A DNA stretch of 64,000 nucleotides from Phoronis australis (lineage: Eukaryota > Animalia > Phoronida). Positions 27,601-36,600 of this stretch are shown here, in pieces. Both the position numbers and the translations under genes were made by a program. The DNA lies in assembly GCA_002633005.1 (NCBI GenBank), contig NMRA01000633.1, forward strand, positions 37,398 through 101,397. Reading direction: 5' to 3'. Below the pieces are notes generated by a model that worked only from the letters and a program-made list of their open reading frames with translations, was not told where the DNA came from and searched no databases. Position 1 is the first letter of the stretch. Each line of letters starts with the position of its first letter.

Positions 27601-30600
27601 TGACCCTATTGCTGACGACTCGTATTCAAACAAGATCTCCGAGATCGTAGCTTGGTAAGTTCACTGGACACAGTTACTGCAGATTGTCAATGTTAAGTTC
27701 ACTGGACACAGTCACTGCAGATTGTCAATGTTAAGAGTCGATGGTTTGTCTACAAATGATGCTGTCTCTGGCCATATACGCAGTTATGTTATATCTTGCC
27801 TTGTAATCATCAAACTTTGCTCAAGGCTCTAATTGAAAATTGACCAGTCACATAGCATCAAGTTAGAACGATTACTTTAGTCTCTGAGAAACTTTTGTGG
27901 TATGATTTTTGCGACTATTTTCACCAACTTTTTTAACTGCCATTTAAAGCTTGTATTGTAATTAACTATTTTGATACCAACATATGAGTAATAGATATCA
28001 AACTAAATGAATTCATATTAAGTTACCAGCTGACAAAACAGTCTTGCTTTCCAATCTGGTATTGAGACAAACTGACCCAAAATTCCCAGTCATGACGGCT
28101 AGCAGAAGTCAAATTAATGTTGAGAGTAGTCCTCCCTTATTAATGTTGAGAGTAGTCCTCCCTTATTAATGTTGAGAGTAGTCCTCCCTTATTAATGTTG
28201 AGAGTAGTCCTCCCTTATTAATGTTGAGAGTAGTCCTCCCTTATTAATGTTGAGAGTAGTCCTCCCTTNTCACTGCAGATTGTCAATGTTAAGAGTCGAT
28301 GGTTTGTCTACAAATGATGCTGTCTCTGGCCATATACGCAGTTATGTTATATCTTGCCTTGTAATCATCAAGCTTTGCTCAAGGCTCTAATTGAAAATTG
28401 ACCAGTCACATAGCATCAAGTTAGAACGATTACTTTAGTCTCTGAGAAACTTTTGTGGTATGATTTTTGCGACTATTTTCACCAACTTTTTTAACTGCCA
28501 TTTAAAGCTTGTGTTGAGACAAACTGACCCAAAATTCCCAGTCATGACGGCTAGCAGAAGTCGAATTAATGTTCAGAGTAGTCCTCCCTTATTAATGTTG
28601 AGAGTAGTCCTCCCTCCCTTATTAATGTTGAGAGTAGTCCTCCCTTATTAGTGTTGAGAGTAGTCCTCCCTTATGGCCAAGAATAAATGTAAGGTGGCTA
28701 AACCATTCCTTAAGTAGAATGTTGTTACCCTAATAGTTGTTAGCAGTCGTTTTTACTGTAAACAGATTTGGCCATCGTGATGGGAAATGGTATTTTTCCT
28801 GATTACTTTTTGTCTTGTGCTGTATCTGTATAGCAAGTTGTTGGTTGAAGCTGAAGATTATACAAATTTGAACAATAACATTTTGTGAAATGTTTGATTA
28901 TCCTTTATTCAAAAGAACAGTCACTGCATTGTTAAATTGTTCAGATTTGGACCACTTGTTGGTAGCTGTATATTATGCAATGCACACTGTGCAAAGGTTG
29001 GACTAGAAATTGTTTCTTATTTGTTTTGTCTTATTGTGTTCTGAAGTGAATACCTTATACTGTGTTGATTTCTCTCGATGTTATGCCCAGTGCCTCTCTG
29101 CTTCTTTGCAGCTGTTTACAAGCTGATCCAGCTGACCGACCCGATGTGGTGCAGGTGGCTGGAAAGATGGCTGACATCATGATGACTCACATGGACCAGC
29201 TGAGGGTGAGTCAGGGAAGTCTGGAGAAAAAACTGGAGAGAGAAAGGAAGAGGACACTAAAGTAAGTGACAAACCAGAAGTTGAAGGTGCTCTGAGACTA
29301 GACGTGTTTGTGGACTTGGCAGCCATTCTCATGTGATTGGTTAAGATCAGGTTCTTTATGTTGGTTTAATATGATGTGCTAGCCATGGTGCGCTGACCAT
29401 GGTGCACTAACCATGGTGCACTAACCATGGTGCGCTAACCATGGTGCGCTAACCATGGTGCACTAACCATGGTGCGCTTACCATGGTGCACTAACCATGG
29501 TACACTAACCATGGTTCACTGACCATGGTACACTAACGATGGTACACTGACCATGGTACACTAAAGATGGTACGCTGACCATGTTGCACTAACCATGGTC
29601 AGTGATTTGCCAGTTCTTCCTAAGTTCAGAAGCCACTTTTAGTTTGAGTTAGGAACGGTTCCAATACAGTTTGTAATCGTGGTATGTAGACTCAGCTAAC
29701 AGTATTTCTTTGACATTTCAATAATGGCTAATCATCTTTGATCACTGGTTACCTCGCCTTCTCTACTCAGTGATCATCTTGTGGCTACCCTGAGAAGTGA
29801 GCAACATAATAGGTCTGGTGCAATTAAGCAAAATCAAAAATAATAAATATCTGCAACAGGTCTTTACAATTCGCATGTTTTGGATAATATCAAAGCATTA
29901 AGTTATATTTCAGACCTAAAGACACTATCACAAAATCTATGAAAGGTACTGGCTAGAAGATGTGCGGCTACCTGTTTAGGCTGAAAAGTTAACTCAATTC
30001 TATTAGTGCAATACTGGTACAGGGCATGGCTTACTGATATCCGCGTGCTTAAATCTCATTGTGTAAGATGACATATCTAGGCAAGAGACACCTAGGTAGA
30101 AGTGTATGTTCTGGGCACTGTGAAGGCACTATCATATGTCATGTGACACATGATAGTGTTGTGTGACATTAATATTATGTGTTTTCTGATTAAAAAAATA
30201 ATTGTAGGCGGTCTGATACACGTTGTACCAGACGTGCGCAGGCCTCGCATGTGGGCCCATTGCACTGATCACCTGGAAATATTTTTATGCTTTATTGATA
30301 TATGGTTAAAACTGAGCTGAGGAGCTAGAAACCTGGCTCATGTGTTTAGCAGTGTGACCTGGTAGGACTTGAACCCACGACCTCGAGTAAAGAAAGCGGG
30401 CACTTATCAACCAGGCCACACTGCCTCCTCTGTTTTCTTGTTACAGACACTACACTGTTACAGACACTACACTGCTACAGACNNNNNNNNNNNNNNNNNN
30501 NNNNNNNNNNNNNNNNNNNNNNNNNNNNNNNNNNNNNNNNNNNNNNNNNNNNNNNNNNNNNNNNNNNNNNNNNNNNNNNNNNNNNNNNNNNNNNNNNNNN

Positions 30601-33600
30601 NNNNNNNNNNNNNNNNNNNNNNNNNNNNNNNNNNNNNNNNNNNNNNNNNNNNNNNNNNNNNNNNNNNNNNNNNNNNNNNNNNNNNNNNNNNNNNNNNNNN
30701 NNNNNNNNNNNNNNNNNNNNNNNNNNNNNNNNNNNNNNNNNNNNNNNNNNNNNNNNNNNNNNNNNNNNNNNNNNNNNNNNNNNNNNNNNNNNNNNNNNNN
30801 NNNNNNNNNNNNNNNNNNNNNNNNNNNNNNNNNNNNNNNNNNNNNNNNNNNNNNNNNNNNNNNNNNNNNNNNNNNNNNNNNNNNNNNNNNNNNNNNNNNN
30901 NNNNNNNNNNNNNNNNNNNNNNNNNNNNNNNNNNNNNNNNNNNNNNNNNNNNNNNNNNNNNNNNNNNNNNNNNNNNNNNNNNNNNNNNNNNNNNNNNNNN
31001 NNNNNNNNNNNNNNNNNNNNNNNNNNNNNNNNNNNNNNNNNNNNNNNNNNNNNNNNNNNNNNNNNNNNNNNNNNNNNNNNNNNNNNNNNNNNNNNNNNNC
31101 TACACTGCTACAGACGCTACACTGTTACAGACGCTACACTGCTACAGACGCTACACTGCTACAGACACTACACTGTTACAGACTACACTGCTACAGACGC
31201 TACACTGCTACAGACGCTACACTGTTATAGACGCTACACTGCTACAGACGCTACACTGCTACAGATGCTACACTGTTACAGACACTGCACTGCTACAGAC
31301 ACTACACTGCTACAGACACTCCACTGCTACAGACACTACACTGCTACATTCTTTTGTTGCTCACATTGCAGTGCTATGATTTTTGCCTGTTATGAACACT
31401 AATCATGTTGTGTTGTGAACTTCAGAATATTGTTATTGACACTTCAGTTGTTGTGTTACAGGCATTACACTTCAGTTGTTGTGTTACAGGCATTACACTT
31501 CAGTTGTTGTGTTACAGGCATTACACTTCAGTTGTTCTGTTACAGGCATTACACTGAAGCTAACAAGAACATGCAAAACTACCAGCGACTGTTTTTGGCA
31601 TCACAGGAACGTTATGACAAACTGGTTAACCTAGCAAGTAGTGGAGGTGCAGCAAGTCTTAAGGTATTGTCATAAACTGGAGCATGGTCAGTGAGCATAC
31701 TCTCTGGTTAGTTTAGTGACAGTACACAAGATGGTGCAAATGAAAACGCCCAACCTGCAATTGATGAGTTTGGTCCAATCTGAGCTCGTCTTGTCAAATT
31801 TGTGGTCACCAAAATGTTGAGTATCACCGATGTCCTACAGGTGTCAATTGTGAGTAGGCCAATCGTGATGCTAACACTGCCTAGGTCTAGTAAGTCATGA
31901 CCAGAAAACAGCAAAGAAATAGGACTGTCAAAGTGAGAAACTGAGGTGTTTTTAATGTAGTATTACAATGAGGTTATTTCAAGTTCACCTGTCATCATTA
32001 TAACACTTGTGCACATGTAGCTAATTACAAATATCGAAAAACATAGCTGTGCAATCCTGACCCATTCACACCACAGACAAACAAAAACATAGCAGTACAA
32101 TCCTGACCCATTCACACCACAGACAAACAAAACAAAACAAAAACAATACAAACACATGCACAAGCACATTTTACAGAATACAATGTGAAATAGTAAATGT
32201 AAGATTTTGCTACAAAGTTTGATTGAAATGATTTGATTGCTACATTAGATTGGTGTGTTATGGCAGAAAATTAATTGTAAAAAGCCAGAATTCTTATTAC
32301 TTCTGTTCTATATGTTTAAAGTTATCACTGTAATTATTTTACCAGTGATTGACGTTATGAAATGCTCCCCTGATTTAACCTGTCAAGCAATCAGTGTAAT
32401 GCTGACCACGCTTTAGGTACGAATGTGAAATGTTTAACTCTATGTAAATGTAGTGTGCACACAAAATATGAACTTTGTTTTGAAAACAATTGTCATACTG
32501 TCGTTGCAACTTGTTTCCCTTTGTCTACAGGACACTGACATAAGTGATGGTGTGTTCTCTGACTCTGAAGTGTTTGACAAACTGCCACAGTTTCAGCGAA
32601 ATCCAACATTCTCTGTAGACGATCAAAACAATAACGAGAAAGGTAAACTGTCAAGTTTTAGTCCATGATTGCTGTATGTTGATTTTCTTAATTTGTCTGG
32701 AGGGATTGATTTGAAGGTATTTGTGTTGAGGGGTTGATGTGAAGGTATTTGTGTGGAGGGGTTGATTTGAAGGTATTTGAAGAAGACCATTTTCATCACT
32801 GAGTGGATATTTTTGAGGCATCCAGTCAGTTGCAAATAATGAATGAAAATAAAACAAATAGTGGAACTACCAAATAGTGGAACTACGTGACTCCAGATGT
32901 GTGACTACATGAACAGCTGGCCTTCGTCTCTGTTCACAGAGCACTTCCAATCTCTCAAACACTGCCTCATTCATGCCACGTTTGAACCAGTTTTCCTCTT
33001 TGTCGTCAACCTTAACGTAACATTAAGAGGATTTTCAGTCGTACCGTGCTGTGAATTATTTTTATAGCTGAATTTCTGCTTACTCCACTGACTGGCTGCA
33101 CCATAGTTTACATCAAAGACAGTGGAACATGAGTTTAGTACAAATACCAAACCATTAGCGATGATGTGCTGCGAGGTAGACATTCAGAGCTATTCACATT
33201 GTGTTATGATAAACATGAGTTGATCAACTACTTGCAGGCTGGGCATCTGATGATGACAGTTACCCTAGTAGTGGCAGTGACAGTAGAGAGAGTAGTAATG
33301 GTATGAATGGCTTCGTAGTGCCACAGCCACCGAGGACCCCAAGGGGGGGTAGTCGAGAGCCCCGGAGGAGACTGGAGTTGTCTCAGCAGTTTCAGCAGTT
33401 AACACTGGATGTTACAGGTATGTTACATGACGTTTATGTTTAACCTATGACATGGAACAATGGTGGTGTTCTTTAAAGGGAATTCAATGTGCCTATTTAC
33501 CTTCAGTTAGTGTTTTGTAAAAAGTGTTAAGCATTTACCAGCATAATAGAATCTTGTTCTTTCAGCATAGCTCATGACTTTTTATTGGACCAATCAGAAA

Positions 33601-36600
33601 CTGGTTGGCGACAGGTTGGAAAAATTGGCGAGTGGTCTGCTAATTTCTAGCAGACCAGCAACAAACAGCACTGCTAATTCTGTGCTGCCATTTGAAGACA
33701 CAGTTTTATTGCAGACTGTTGTTACTCATATAAGGTCTTAGCTTCACGACTGTGACTCAATGTCTGCTGTTATCATTGATCTAAGGCCTTTGCCGCATCA
33801 CTCAGTGACTCATTGTCTGCTGTTTTGTTATCATTCATCTAAAGCCTTGGCCTCCTGGCTCTGTGACTCAATGTCTGCTGCTGTCATTCATGTAAGGCCT
33901 TGGCCGCATGACTCTGTGACTCAATGTCTTCTGTTATCATTCATCTAAGGCTTTTGCCGCATGACTCTTTGACTCACTGTCTTCTGGTCTGGTGTCATTC
34001 ATCTAAGGCTTTGGCTGCACTACTCTGACTCACTGTTTGCTTCACTCAGCAACTGTAAATCAATTTTCTTCACAAAATTTCTACATACTTTAAAATGAAA
34101 TGAACACCATGTATTACTGGAAACCGGTATAGCGTTTATGGTTTTTCCTTATTCCAAGTGACTGAGACAGCCTTAAGGGGAATTGTCTTTTATGAGGCAT
34201 ATGTAGCCTGCTTATCGTACTCATCATCTTCAAATTCTTAAATTAAGTACGAGTATGGTTCAATTCACCTCCAATAATGAATTTCAAGTGATCAGGTTTG
34301 CTGTAAACTTTTATGTTGTATGCTTGCAGTTGTTATTTTTTGTTAAATAATGTATAGGTTAGTCCTATATATGAGCACAGCTCAAGAAATTGCATTCTCA
34401 TTATATCCAGGTTCTCATTCACTCTCATGCACACATTCACTAGTAAGACCAACTCAGAGGAGCAGAAGACACCTTTGTACAATGCTCGATTGTCAGCCAA
34501 TGAAACCAAGATATGAACCCAGGTCTCCCAAACCGGAGTCCGTAGCTCATTCCACTGAGCCACACCATCTGTCTACTCTGGCAGTCATCATGAACTGTGC
34601 CTTTTCTATGTGTGCAATGTTATGTGCACACAAGACTAAAACACTTTTCTCTGCATTTTTGTTTCTTCCATTACATTCCCAAAGTTTACAATATTTTCCG
34701 CAGGCCCTAAGTCAAGCCGTGATTCAGGAATATGTTCAGGTGACCCCAGTCCCAATGCCAGCTCATCCTCACCCAAACAGAACTCTGGGGACAGGACAAC
34801 TAGTGATAAGCATGACCAATTCCACCGTTCACTTAGTCACTCTGCCGTCGACACAGTCACCAAAAGAGGTGGTAGTGGTGGTCCTCGCCGTCCCAGTGAG
34901 TCATTGTTTGCTATTTTAGCTTAGAAATTTAAAGCACACTTTAATCTGGTTTCTTTTCTTCAAAGCAAATAAAGCTAATCTGAATGGACAAAAACAGTTT
35001 TGGAAATTTGGTAATGTCTTGCCAATTTGGAACAAAAGAAATTGCAACAACTCATGAGTTTCCTAAGTGAGCAGGAAAGGTGGGATAATATAGCTATGAT
35101 GTTGCACAACCTTTCATGTTCCATATAGTCCTGTAGTTAAAAAACCAGCACTAGGTAATTGTAAATCTCACTCAGATTCCTGCTGTTGAGTAGCAGGTTA
35201 CCACCCTGATGTTAATGGAAGTGGAACAAAAAACTTGTTTGCTTCTTACCTTGCCACAAGTCTATTGGTTTGCATTATTTTCTGTTTTCAGACAGTGCTA
35301 CTAAATCTGCTACATTGACCATATCTCCACGCAAGGTGAGGCAGATTAGTGACCCTATACTTCCGATGCTGAACCAACTGCACAAAATCATATACATTTC
35401 ACAGGTAGGACATCAGCTTTGCCATGAGTTGTGTTTTATACATTTTGTTATGCGCCCACATATTTATATGTGAGCGCATTATGCCGTCATCTCCGTCTGT
35501 CCGTCTGGCGTCCGCTGCTCTGTCTCCAAAACACCTTGACGTATGTTCATCACATTTTGCACATGTGTTCCTTCCGTGGATGGGATGGCATGAGCGAACT
35601 TTCGGACAAATCCAACTACCGGTTTGTCCCCTAGTGGCAATTTTAGTTTTTTACGTTTACCTCTGTATCTTTAAAAGTCCTGAACGGATTTTTGTTAAAT
35701 GTGGTACATAGGCACCTATTAGAAAGGTGACGCTGTCCTGCCGTTTTCGAATGGATTCAATGTAGTTTGCGCCACCTAGTGGCCATTTTTACTGTTTTTG
35801 CGTCCACTCCTCATCAACCAAACCGCTCAAAGGATGATTGTGAAAATTGGCATGTATATTCTTACTATGAAGTGGACGGCTGACGACGATTTTTCGATGA
35901 TTTTGACTACTGTGGTGCCTCCTAGTGACAGTTTTGTTTTTTTGCGCCTATGACTGTATCTCCTAAACCATTCGAAGGATCTTTACTAAATTTAGTACGT
36001 GTATTTATATGATGTTGACAACAGACAACGATGACTTTCGGACAGATCTGACTACTGATGTGCCACCTATTGGCAATTTTATTTTTTTATGTTTACCCCT
36101 GTACGTTCAAAGGTCCTCAACTTATTTTCAAGAAATTTGGCATACTGGCATCTTTTAATGAGATGACGCCATCTCTGTTTTCAGATGGATTCGACCTAGT
36201 TTGCGCCACCTATTGCCCATTTTTGCTGTTTTCAAGTCTGTTTTTTGGCGTCCACTCGTCTATCAAGCAAACCGCTTTCAGGATAAATGTGAAAATTGGC
36301 ATGTATGTTTTTACTAGGAAGTGGACAGCTGACGATGATTTTCGGATGAGTTCAACTACTGTGGGGCCTCCTAGTGGCTGTTTTGTTTTTTTATTTGCGC
36401 CCATGGCTGTATCTCCTCAACCTTTGCAGGATCTTTACTTAATTTAGGATGTGTATTTATATGATGTTGACAACGAACGGCGACGACTTTCGGATGTATG
36501 TGACTACTGGTGTGCCCCCTAGTGGCAATTTTAGTTTTTTTACATTTACCAGTCTGTATCTTCAAAGGTCATCAATAGATTTTCATAAAAATTTGAATAT

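Noticed and set aside
27712-28673. ~400-bp duplication (27712-28268 vs 28270-28673) differing by a ~105-bp indel and repeat copy number
   Set aside because: The copies are joined at a single 'n'; most likely two haplotypes falsely assembled in tandem.
30352-30425. Possible tRNA gene (also ~34500-34565)
   Set aside because: A/B boxes are present but the stems are degenerate; better explained as SINE heads.
34350-34919. 189-aa ORF
   Set aside because: Chance fusion of an antisense SINE, intron sequence and an alternative frame of NEK10 exon 22.
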